Positions 29,736 to 38,780 of a DNA stretch of 64,000 nt are shown here, one piece after another; position 1 is the first letter of the stretch, and each line of letters starts with the position of its first letter. Made by a program: the position numbers and the translations under genes. Under the pieces are notes generated by a model. That model was not told the origin of the DNA. It did no database searches and saw only the letters and a list, made by a program, of their open reading frames with translations. The stretch is from an uncultured Methanomassiliicoccales archaeon (GTDB taxonomy: Archaea > Thermoplasmatota > Thermoplasmata > Methanomassiliicoccales > UBA472): positions 1,056,001 to 1,120,000 of the forward strand of contig OY968769.1 of the NCBI GenBank assembly GCA_963695345.1, written 5' to 3'.

Positions 29736-29840
29736 CCTTTCTTTGAGCCCTCGACATCACCGATCCTTACCCAATCATTGATTATCATTTTAGCGAGCCA
29801 GTTGACATTGTAGATATACCTTTCAGGAGAACTTGGGAGC

Positions 29841-30248
29841 ATGACTATCATGACCTGGTCCGACGCGCTGAGCGTTAACATTAAGGAGATCGACGATCAG
29901 CACAAGAAATTGGTGAACATGATCAACCAGCTCCACGGGGCGATGCTTAAGGGCGAGGGCAAGGTCGTTGTGGGCCCCATCCTCGCCGAGCTGACCACAT
30001 ACACGATCTATCACTTCAAGACCGAGGAGGGGTATATGGAAAAGTTCTCCTACCCAAGCCTGCAGACACACCGGCTCGAACATCAGCGTTTCGTGCAGAA
30101 GGTGGGGGATTTCAAGGCCTCATATGATGATGGGAAGCTCGGCCTTTCCAATGAGGTCATGCATTTCTTGGCGGACTGGCTGAAAGACCATATCCTCGGA
30201 ACGGACAAGAAGTTCGGTCCTTATTTTAACAGCAAAGGGATCTATTAG
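29841..30248 (+). CDS. Bacteriohemerythrin
   Basis: IDDQHKKL, HFKTEE, H..EH..F and WLKDHILGTD motifs. Confidence 0.92.
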   Translation: MTIMTWSDALSVNIKEIDDQHKKLVNMINQLHGAMLKGEGKVVVGPILAELTTYTIYHFKTEEGYMEKFSYPSLQTHRLEHQRFVQKVGDFKASYDDGKLGLSNEVMHFLADWLKDHILGTDKKFGPYFNSKGIY

Positions 30249-30389
30249 CCGGCAGGCCGCCCTTTTTGTGCGAGTAACGCTCAGTATATGAATTGGAAGT
30301 TCGGCCTCAGACAGCGACCGGGTCAGCCCCTCTGAGGATTTTTATATATCCAACAGCCGTTGCCTCCCCGCAATTCTGGTGAGACCAAC

Positions 30390-32108
30390 ATGGATGAACC
30401 CCTTCCCGCCGAGAATCCCGGTAACCTCCAGGACTATCAATCGACCTACGAAGGGTTCGATTGGTCGTCATTTGACAGCGAGTTCGACTGGTCCAGGGGT
30501 GGGCCGTATAACCTGGTGGCGGAGGCGGTGGACCGCCACGGCCATGGCAAGAGAAGGGACAAGGTGGCGCTATACTCGGTGAACGCCAACTATGACCTGA
30601 GGTCGCATACCTTTGGGGAGATGTCCGAGCTGTCAAGCCGGTTCGCGGATGGCCTGACCAAGCTAGGCGCGGTCAAAGGAGACCGGATATTTGTCTATCT
30701 GGACAGGACACCGCAGCTCTTCGTCGCGTTACTTGGAATCATCAAGATGGGCGGCATCGCCGGACCCTTGTTCTCCGCCCTAGGACCGGAGGCCACGATG
30801 GACCGGGTCAGGGACAGCGGGGCAAAGATCATTGTCACGTCCCCGTACCTATTCGACCGTATCCGCCCGATAATGGCCAAACTGACCGAGATCGAGACCT
30901 ACATCATCGTTGGGGAGAACAGCGCCCTAGGACCGGGGACGGTCAAATACGATGATGTTCTGGCTTCTGGAGATCCGGAGTTCAAAGCGGTCGCCATGAG
31001 CCCTGATGACCCGTATATCATTCACTACACCTCCGGTTCCACCGGCAAACCAAAAGGCATTTTGCTTGGCCACAAGGCCATGGTACATCAGCTGGCGGGC
31101 TGCCGCCTTGTCGTGGACCTGAAGGAAGATGATATCTACTGGTGCACCGCCGACCCAGGCTGGGTGACCGGGACCTCGATAGGCATCTTGGGGCCTTGGT
31201 ATCTGGGAACGACGATCATCTCTTATGAAGGACGGTTCGATGCCCAGACCTGGTATTCCATCATCGAGAGGCTGAAGGTGACCGTCTGGTTCACGGCGCC
31301 CACCGCCCTCCGCATGCTGGCAAGGGCAGGTGACGGCCTGGTGAGAGCTTTCGACCTGCGAAAGCTGCGCCATATATGCTCCGCCGGCGAGCCGCTGAAC
31401 CCAGAGGTCATCAGGTGGGCGATGAAGACCACCGGAAAGCGCATCCACGATAACTGGTGGCAGACCGAGACTGGGGCGCCCTGCATATCCAATTTCAAAT
31501 GCTCGCCTATCAAGCCAGGCTCCATGGGCAAGCCCCTGCCGGGAATTGTGGCGGCAGTTGTGGACGAGAAGGGAGAGCCGGTCCCGGCGAGGACGGAAGG
31601 CTTCCTCGCGCTGAGACCCGGGTGGCCGGCAATGATGGTCGGGATCTGGGGGAACGAGGAGCGCTATCAGGAGTACTTCCGTATCCCAGGATGGTACATC
31701 AGCGGTGACCAGGCGTACCAGGACGAGGAGGGATACGTCTGGTTCCTGGGGAGGGCCGATGACGTGATCAAGACGTCGGGCGAGAGGTTGGGACCGTTCG
31801 AGGTCGAATCCGCGCTGATAGAGCATCCGGCGGTGGCCGAGTCGGCGGTGGTGGGAAAGCCGGACGAGCTCAGGGGAGAGATAGTCAAGGCGTTCATCGT
31901 CCTGAGGCCTGGACGCAAACCCTCCGATGAGCTGAAAGAAGAGATCACCCAGTTCGTGAGGACCCGCCTGGCCTACTACGCCTATCCAAGGGAGATCGAG
32001 TTCGTTCCTTCGCTGCCCAAGACCAGATCGGGCAAGATTATGCGCCGGGTGCTGAAAGCGAAGGAGCATGGACATCCAGTGGGGGACCTCTCCACCCTAG
32101 AGGAGTGA
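30390..32108 (+). CDS. acsA: Acetate--CoA ligase (AMP-forming acyl-CoA synthetase)
   Basis: YTSGSTGKPKG, TADPGW, WWQTETG, GRADD and PKTRSGKIMRR motifs. Confidence 0.88.
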   Translation: MDEPLPAENPGNLQDYQSTYEGFDWSSFDSEFDWSRGGPYNLVAEAVDRHGHGKRRDKVALYSVNANYDLRSHTFGEMSELSSRFADGLTKLGAVKGDRIFVYLDRTPQLFVALLGIIKMGGIAGPLFSALGPEATMDRVRDSGAKIIVTSPYLFDRIRPIMAKLTEIETYIIVGENSALGPGTVKYDDVLASGDPEFKAVAMSPDDPYIIHYTSGSTGKPKGILLGHKAMVHQLAGCRLVVDLKEDDIYWCTADPGWVTGTSIGILGPWYLGTTIISYEGRFDAQTWYSIIERLKVTVWFTAPTALRMLARAGDGLVRAFDLRKLRHICSAGEPLNPEVIRWAMKTTGKRIHDNWWQTETGAPCISNFKCSPIKPGSMGKPLPGIVAAVVDEKGEPVPARTEGFLALRPGWPAMMVGIWGNEERYQEYFRIPGWYISGDQAYQDEEGYVWFLGRADDVIKTSGERLGPFEVESALIEHPAVAESAVVGKPDELRGEIVKAFIVLRPGRKPSDELKEEITQFVRTRLAYYAYPREIEFVPSLPKTRSGKIMRRVLKAKEHGHPVGDLSTLEE

Positions 32109-32486
32109 CCGGAACATACCGATGGAGGGCTGGCGACCCTTCGCTCCAACAATAAAAATCAGTAACCATCGGAGCGTTCGCTGGCCCTCTCTTTTCGCGC
32201 AGCATATTGAACCGACCGATTGAATATCCATCCTTTTCAACGCGGATCAGGGCTTTCTTCTCAATCTGGACATGGACGTAGGCCTAAATCGCCCGAGCGG
32301 ATTGGCTGGAAACAGGCGAGCGGAAGAGCGCCGAGAACAGGAGAACCAGAATATGAAGCTCATAGGAAGAAGGAAGACGGAAATGGAAGGAAAACGCCTT
32401 GGATGGATATTCGCATTGCCACCTGCGCTAGCGGTCGCGACGCATGGTTCCTCCATTGGATGTACGTAACGTGGACCGGCCCAGGA

Positions 32487-33911
32487 TCACCCCGGGAGGA
32501 TCTTCCAGACCTTCCCCGTGGTCCCGCTCGGACCCAGATTACCGGATGTCAGGACGAATAGCTCCCCGTCCCTCCCCATGCCAAAGCCCATGAGATAGCC
32601 AGGCAGCTCGGTCGTGTTTACCGGAATGCCCGGAATATTCTCTCCAAGCTGGTCCTGGAATGAAGAGAATGTGAGAGCGGAGAACGTCCAATTGGCGCTG
32701 CTCGGGTCTGTGATCCATATCACTGAATCCGGCCTCCAAAGGCCGAACACGTACCCTCCCTGGAACTCGGTCAGCGCCGAGCCTCGGTAGGCGTAGCCGC
32801 CGATGACGGTCAGACCGGTGGAGGCGAACGAGCTGTGGGGCAGCGATATGATCGGGTCAACAAGCGGTTCCCCGATATATCCTGTGTCGCGGACGCAGGC
32901 TGCCCCTTGGTTGGCCGAATTGGACCGGTCGAAGCAATGACCGTTCTCCTTTATCGGCCACCCGTAGTTCTTCCCCTTTTCCACCAGGAACACTCCCTCA
33001 TAGAGGCTCTGACCAGCATTGGCCACGAAATAGCTGCGGTTTTCGTCGGTATCGAACGTGGCAAAGGCTGGATTTCGGAACCCGTACGCGAAGATCTCAT
33101 CGCGGCCCGGCCCAGCTGTGAATGGGTTGTCGGATGGGATGCCGTAAGCGATGCTGCCGTTCGGGGAATCCACGGTCTCAGTAACGCCAACTGAGGAGTT
33201 CTGGTCGATGTCTATGCGAAGGATCTTGCCCAGGACGGTTCCCAGGTCCTGGCCGTTCCCAATCGCCGAATGGCCGATCCCCAGGTCGTTACCTCCGCCC
33301 CCATCCCCCATCGGCAGATAGAGGAACCCGTCCGGTCCGAAGCAGATATCGCCTCCGTTGTGGTTCGGGGAGGGATGGTTCGATCTCAGGATGAGGCGTT
33401 CGGTCGAAGGGTCGGCGACATCCGGATCGGCGGAGACCTTGAATTCACTGAGAACGTTGGTATGGTCCCATTGTGCCGGGGCGTTGGCGTCCAAAGGCGC
33501 GCTGTACCACAGATAGAACTTGCCATTGGCAGGATACAGCGGATGGAACGCCAGGCCCAGCAGGCCTCTCTCGTCATAGGATTGGGACAGGGCGACAAGC
33601 TCGCCGGAGATATCGATGAAAGGCCGGACGTTCGTGGTGCCGTTGGGAAGGACGACCCAGACCTTTCCTATCTGATCGACTACGAACAGCCTTCCCGAAC
33701 CGTCGGGTGGAGATACCGTCCTCAGCGGATGCGCAAACCCGTCGGCGACAAGCCTAATGGTGACGGTGGCGTTCGCATTGGTCTGGTTCGGCAGCGCTGA
33801 ATCATGTCCCGGGTTAAGGAGGATAATTGCGACTGTCGCGGCTGAGGCGATCACCATGACCGCAATGATCGTGATCGTGAATATCGCTCGCCGCTTCTCC
33901 TTCTTATCCAT
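32487..33911 (-). CDS. PQQ-dependent sugar dehydrogenase family (GSDH) beta-propeller, membrane-anchored
   Basis: ERGLLGLAFHP, NHNGG..FGPDG.LY..GDGG, GKILRID, AYGFRNP and NYGWP motifs. Confidence 0.85.
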   Translation of the reverse strand: MDKKEKRRAIFTITIIAVMVIASAATVAIILLNPGHDSALPNQTNANATVTIRLVADGFAHPLRTVSPPDGSGRLFVVDQIGKVWVVLPNGTTNVRPFIDISGELVALSQSYDERGLLGLAFHPLYPANGKFYLWYSAPLDANAPAQWDHTNVLSEFKVSADPDVADPSTERLILRSNHPSPNHNGGDICFGPDGFLYLPMGDGGGGNDLGIGHSAIGNGQDLGTVLGKILRIDIDQNSSVGVTETVDSPNGSIAYGIPSDNPFTAGPGRDEIFAYGFRNPAFATFDTDENRSYFVANAGQSLYEGVFLVEKGKNYGWPIKENGHCFDRSNSANQGAACVRDTGYIGEPLVDPIISLPHSSFASTGLTVIGGYAYRGSALTEFQGGYVFGLWRPDSVIWITDPSSANWTFSALTFSSFQDQLGENIPGIPVNTTELPGYLMGFGMGRDGELFVLTSGNLGPSGTTGKVWKILPG

Positions 33912-34026
33912 GCTCCCGGGAAAGACCTGATCGCGACCTATATAATCAATCGGAAGGCGATGGTACTCGAGATGGGCGATAAGGGACGAACAATCGGTCA
34001 TGTATCAGCCGACCCATTCAGTTTGA

Positions 34027-34808
34027 TCAACAGAATTGGTGCTTGGGGTCGAACAGCGAGTCCTCCAGACTTCTGCCGGCGATAGCCTTGGCGATCCTAC
34101 GCGCCCCGTAGACGCTGCGCAAGATGCCTATTCCATTGCATCCCAGATTGTAGAATAGATTCGGGTTCTTTGGATCGGGACCGGCTGCCCTTACTCCTGA
34201 GCAGGTGAGGCCATGGGCGCATCCCAATGGGCGATGGCCTTCGTATCGATCCTCAATATCTCTGAAGCGAGATTATCGATGCGGGAATGCGCGATCTCAT
34301 CTAGCACATCCCGACGGCGATCGCCTTCGCAATTGAATTGAGGCCACCCGACCATGAGAATGGCAGTTCCCGGATCATTTCGCCAGGTGGTGGTGAAGAC
34401 GTAGGGCTCATCGGCGGAAGGCTGAACCTCCTGAAAGAACAGGCCGACCTTCTCCCCCTTTTTAGAGGGCCGATAACCGTTCATGAACCCGGTCACGCAC
34501 TTCAGATAGCCATCAGGTAGGAAATTGAGAGTGCCGGTCAGATCGGGGAGCGCATATCCGTTCGTGCATATCACCACCCGTTTGCATTCCACCTGCCCAC
34601 CATCGCACATGACCAACGGTGATCGGCCAGATTCCATCGTCAGAACCTTCGAGCCCTCAGGGACATGAAATCTTGGCGGGAATGTCCTGAGCATACCCTT
34701 TGCCAAACCCTCACATATGGCAGCGACATTGGCAATGCTGGTCCTGGCCACGGTGACCGCCTGGTAGCTCTCGTCCTTCGTCCCCGGCAGTTCCATTATG
34801 GTCTCCAT
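34027..34808 (-). pseudogene. FAD-dependent oxidoreductase (DAO family) fragment, 5'-truncated and frameshifted
   Basis: VVICTNGY in ORF 34191-34808 and YNLGCNGIGI in ORF 34027-34227; no N-terminal GxGxxG. Confidence 0.6.
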
Positions 34809-35082
34809 ATGAGCTTGGCTGGGTTATACGCCCCGGTCCCTTAGTTAGCAGTTCCAGCCTGAAGCGGACCGATCGATGGCTCGGTCGGAACTGAGCCCCT
34901 CTAACCAAGGGGACCTGTGCTCGCATAATTCCTGTTTTGAGCCCCGATTATTTGAAGCTGGTTCATGTTAACCGAGGTCCGCTTGCTAAAAGGCGCGGAC
35001 GCATCGACCGTTATTGCCATCCTCCATCAAGGATGATGAAGAAGAATTCCGGGCAGTCTCCCCCATAGCACTCTGCTGCCGT

Positions 35083-35559
35083 TCAGGTTTTATTCTTTTG
35101 CAGTTTCCGAATGTAGCATTGATGATGCTCTTCGGCCAACCAGAACCTTGAGGCGGGGAGGATCAGGGTGGATATTCGTCCGCGAAACCTCCCAGAGCCC
35201 TGGACTCGTCTCTTGGAGTCTTCCGCGATCGCCCTCTGTTCATCGGAATGAAAAAAGACCGCTGACCGATATTGGATCCCTGAATCGCCGTTGCCTTCTG
35301 GATCGACAACAGGATTGTGGGAGTTCCAGAAGACCTCCAGAAGTTCCTTGAAGGTTACCTTGTCGCGGTCGAATCTGATCTGCACGACCTCGATGTGATT
35401 GGTGTCGCCCGAGCAGACCTCCTCATAGGTCGGATATTCCATCGTTCCACCCATGAATCCAACTCGGATGGAATCGATACCATCGATCCCGTCGAATGAA
35501 ACCTCCGCGCACCAGAAGCAGCCAACGCCGAAGGTGGCCAGTCCCTCTCCATCGTCCAT
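35083..35559 (-). CDS. msrA: Peptide-methionine (S)-S-oxide reductase
   Basis: GCFWC, PTYEEVC, QYRSAVF and AEEHHQ motifs. Confidence 0.92.
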   Translation of the reverse strand: MDDGEGLATFGVGCFWCAEVSFDGIDGIDSIRVGFMGGTMEYPTYEEVCSGDTNHIEVVQIRFDRDKVTFKELLEVFWNSHNPVVDPEGNGDSGIQYRSAVFFHSDEQRAIAEDSKRRVQGSGRFRGRISTLILPASRFWLAEEHHQCYIRKLQKNKT

Positions 35560-35647
35560 CTCGATTGAAACTGAGTTGGATCGGCCTACTTATTAATGCC
35601 GCCAGATGTTTCGTCACGGACGATCCGGAGGAATGTTCCGCTGAGGA

Positions 35648-36763
35648 TCACACCAGGTTCTCTGGGTTAAGCCCCTTCAACTCCTCGATAACGAAAACCC
35701 CGTCCTTCCTGACCATCACATCATCGAAGTACATCTCGCCGCCGCCCCAGGTCTTGGTCTGGATCAATACGATGTCCCAATGGACCCGGGAATGGTTCCC
35801 GTTCGGCGCGTCGTCATACGAGTTGCCCGGAGTGAAGTGGATGGAACCGGCGATCTTCTCATCGAACAATGTATCCATCATCGGCTTGTTGACGTACGGG
35901 TTGAGCCCTATGGCGAACTCGCCCACATATCGTGCCCCTTCGTCAGTGTCGAATATCTTGTTCATGGCGGCAGTGTTGGATGATGTCGCCTCAACGATCT
36001 TGCCATCCTTGAACGTGAGCCTGATGTTGTCGAACACTTTGCCATCGTACAGCGACTTGGTGTTGTAATGGATCACGCCGTTGACGGAGTCCCTGACCGG
36101 CGCTGTGTAGACCTCTCCGTCCGGCAGGTTCAGTTTGCCGTCGCATTTGATCGGGGGGATGCCTTTGATGGAGAACTCGAGGTCGGTGTCTGGAGCGACC
36201 AGTCTGACCCGGTCGGTCCTCTTCATCAGACCGACCAATGGCTCCATCGCCTCCGACATCTTGTCGTAGTTCAGAGTGCAGGTCTTGAAGTAGAAGTCCT
36301 CGAAAGCCTCTGTGGACATCTCCGCCAGCTGGGCCATGGACGGTGTCGGCCAACGCATGACCACCCATCTCGTCCCGGGTATCCTCTGGTTGATGTGTAC
36401 CGGCCCCCACCAATATTTGGAATAGATCGCCATCTTCTCCGCCGGGACATCGGAGTTCTCGGTCACGTTGGAAGTCCCCCTCATCCCGATGTAAACCTGG
36501 GCCCGCTTCATCTTCTCCATTTCTATGTCGCCGATCACCTTCATGGCAGCCTCGCTCGTCCCCATGTAGATCTTCCGGAACACTCGTGGAGACTTCTGGG
36601 AAACGATCGGGATCCCGCCCGCCTGGTACACCCTCTCGACCAATACCTCGACCATCTCATCGGGGATGTTGAATGCCTCGATATAGACGACTTCACCAGC
36701 CTTCAGCCCGGTGGAATGACCGACAATGACATCTGAGAATTTGCCCATCCTTGGGTCGTACAT
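35648..36763 (-). CDS. Aminopeptidase, family M29
   Basis: NLPDGEVYTAP, GEFAIG, LFDEKIAGSIH and HWD motifs. Confidence 0.9.
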   Translation of the reverse strand: MYDPRMGKFSDVIVGHSTGLKAGEVVYIEAFNIPDEMVEVLVERVYQAGGIPIVSQKSPRVFRKIYMGTSEAAMKVIGDIEMEKMKRAQVYIGMRGTSNVTENSDVPAEKMAIYSKYWWGPVHINQRIPGTRWVVMRWPTPSMAQLAEMSTEAFEDFYFKTCTLNYDKMSEAMEPLVGLMKRTDRVRLVAPDTDLEFSIKGIPPIKCDGKLNLPDGEVYTAPVRDSVNGVIHYNTKSLYDGKVFDNIRLTFKDGKIVEATSSNTAAMNKIFDTDEGARYVGEFAIGLNPYVNKPMMDTLFDEKIAGSIHFTPGNSYDDAPNGNHSRVHWDIVLIQTKTWGGGEMYFDDVMVRKDGVFVIEELKGLNPENLV

Positions 36764-36825
36764 GGAGGAATGAGAGACAAATGGCGGTTATTAATAACCT
36801 GGTAAGCCCTGAGAGAAGCGGATTC

Positions 36826-37233
36826 TCACTTCTTGTCCTCGATGAAGTGCATGGCTCCCGAGTTCATGCAGTAACGCTTTCCGGTCGGCCTCGGCCCATC
36901 ATCGAACACGTGTCCCAAATGACCTCCGCAGCGCGCACACTTGACCTCTTGCCGGACCATTCCATAGCTGCGGTCGATCTTGGTCTCCACGTGGTCGGGA
37001 ACTATGGGCGCCCAGAAACTCGGCCATCCGGTCCCGGAGTCGAACTTGGCGTCCGATGAGAACAGTTCCAGCTCACAGCCGGCACAGGTGTACACCCCTT
37101 TCTTCTTGTTGTCATGATACTTATTGTGAAATGGAGGCTCGGTCCCTTCCTCACGCAGCATATGATACTCATCAGGAGTGAGGATCTTGCGCCATTCTTC
37201 ATCGGAACGTTTTATCTTTTCGACCATGGGCAT
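36826..37233 (-). CDS. msrB: Peptide-methionine (R)-S-oxide reductase
   Basis: GTEPPF, SGTGWPSF, HLGHVFDDGP and RYCMNS motifs. Confidence 0.95.
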   Translation of the reverse strand: MPMVEKIKRSDEEWRKILTPDEYHMLREEGTEPPFHNKYHDNKKKGVYTCAGCELELFSSDAKFDSGTGWPSFWAPIVPDHVETKIDRSYGMVRQEVKCARCGGHLGHVFDDGPRPTGKRYCMNSGAMHFIEDKK

Positions 37234-37400
37234 CGAGAATCATTCAGGCAGCCGCGTTTATAATAACCTTCCCGATTGGCGAAGGAGGCCCGGCGGGCAA
37301 TACCCTGACCTATCGGATGTCTGATTGCAGGAACGGGCCGTTGCGACTCATATCTCTTCGATCATCTGCCGGTGGCAACTCCAGTGACTATTCAGATCGT

Positions 37401-37782
37401 TCATCCCGTCATCGTCGTGTTCGGATAGGCCTGCATGGCACCGAAGATGTTGCCCTCCGTGTCCTGGAAATATACCATGACCCCGACCTTGGGGATCTCC
37501 AACTTCGGGACCAGTATCCTGCCGCCATTCTCGGTTATCTTCGCAATGGTGTCATCAATCGAGGCGACCATGATCGTGCTTATGACTGATTGGGGGAGCT
37601 GTTGTTCGAGTTTGAATCGCGCCGTCTATGCCCGGTTCTGCTTTTTCCCCGGCCGTGACCAGCCAGTAATCCATGCTGCTGTCCCCGTACTTCTCGTATT
37701 TCCAGCCGATCACCTTCTCATAGAATGCCATCGCCCGTTTCGGGTCATCGGCCTTGATCTCGAAATGCATCACCTTGGGCAT
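37401..37782 (-). CDS. VOC/glyoxalase family protein, frameshifted in a C-run near 37595
   Basis: MHFEI.ADD..RA..FY first half; second half ...V.SIDD...ENGG...PKVG...FQDTEGNIFG in another frame. Confidence 0.8.
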
Positions 37783-37931
37783 TTTCTAACCTCGCCCATA
37801 TGGTTTGAGCGTTGGTCATTTATTGAATACCTAAAGATAATGAACAGGAATCTTCCCCGCACCGTTGATCGGGATGGCATAACATCTCTGGAACAAAAGG
37901 GGAAGAAGGCGTTTATAATCCAAAGAGCCGT

Positions 37932-38339
37932 TCACATCCACTCGTAGGCGGTGGATTTGAATTCCATCATGTTACCCTCGATCTCGTTTATTACGATGAT
38001 GGAGTTGATCCAGGCATACTTTTCTGACTTGGACATGAAGGTCATGACCATTATCCCCCTAATGACGCCCTTGTGGCGCTTGGAGTGCCCGGTCCCCTCC
38101 CAGACGATGGTTTCGTTGTCCTGGGTCGTCATCAATCCCTGCCACGTGCCATGAGCCTTTTCATCCATTCCGATCCAGATGGTCCCAGTTCCCATGATCA
38201 TGCCGCTCGGGAACTTTCCCACTCCCATCAGGTCAGAGTTGAATGATTGCTTCATGACGACCCCGTTGGCGTCGATGGATTCCACCATGGTCATCGTCAT
38301 TTTGCCCTTTTCTTCGAATACCTTTTCTCCCATAGCCAT
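37932..38339 (-). CDS. Conserved-looking beta-rich hypothetical protein
   Basis: ORF ending KYAWIN...YEWM; similar to an archaeal uncharacterised family recalled from memory only. Confidence 0.65.
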   Translation of the reverse strand: MAMGEKVFEEKGKMTMTMVESIDANGVVMKQSFNSDLMGVGKFPSGMIMGTGTIWIGMDEKAHGTWQGLMTTQDNETIVWEGTGHSKRHKGVIRGIMVMTFMSKSEKYAWINSIIVINEIEGNMMEFKSTAYEWM

Positions 38340-38780
38340 GCTAGGACCTCGAAATAAATGTTCGATGCGGCCGATATTACTATTTTGTACGCAACAATCT
38401 CGAAATTGGTGGGCATCGGTCAAGGAAAGAAAGTGTCCGCGGCGAAATTGCGTGGTATTAGAGCGGTAATGGCGTTCTAGACGATTTCGAAGTATTCACA
38501 TGGGAATAGCGACTTGGATCGGATACCACAAGGGCTTGGTCCCGGTTAGGATTGTTGAAAATTTCTCATGAATGGAACCATTGGCCAATATTGACAACGA
38601 TCGGTGTCGTGGTTTCTCAATGCGATTTTCGCGCTCACAATATCTAGATTGTCACTCGTTTCTAGTCGTCTGAAATCAACAAATGGCTCATATGTTTCGT
38701 GACAGTCAGAGAGCAAGAGATATTACGTCCTTTGATGTTCAACCTGACCAAAGGCAATTGCCGGTGGGAGGCGATGGGAA

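Noticed and set aside
30927-32075. Long 382-aa minus-strand ORF, and similar long antisense or alternate-frame ORFs (6050-6880, 56762-57706, 61821-62843)
   Set aside because: They overlap well-supported genes; typical shadow ORFs of GC-rich coding DNA with Arg/Pro-rich, motif-free translations
32220-32469. Small plus-strand ORFs after acsA
   Set aside because: No recognisable motif and several competing frames; cannot support a call
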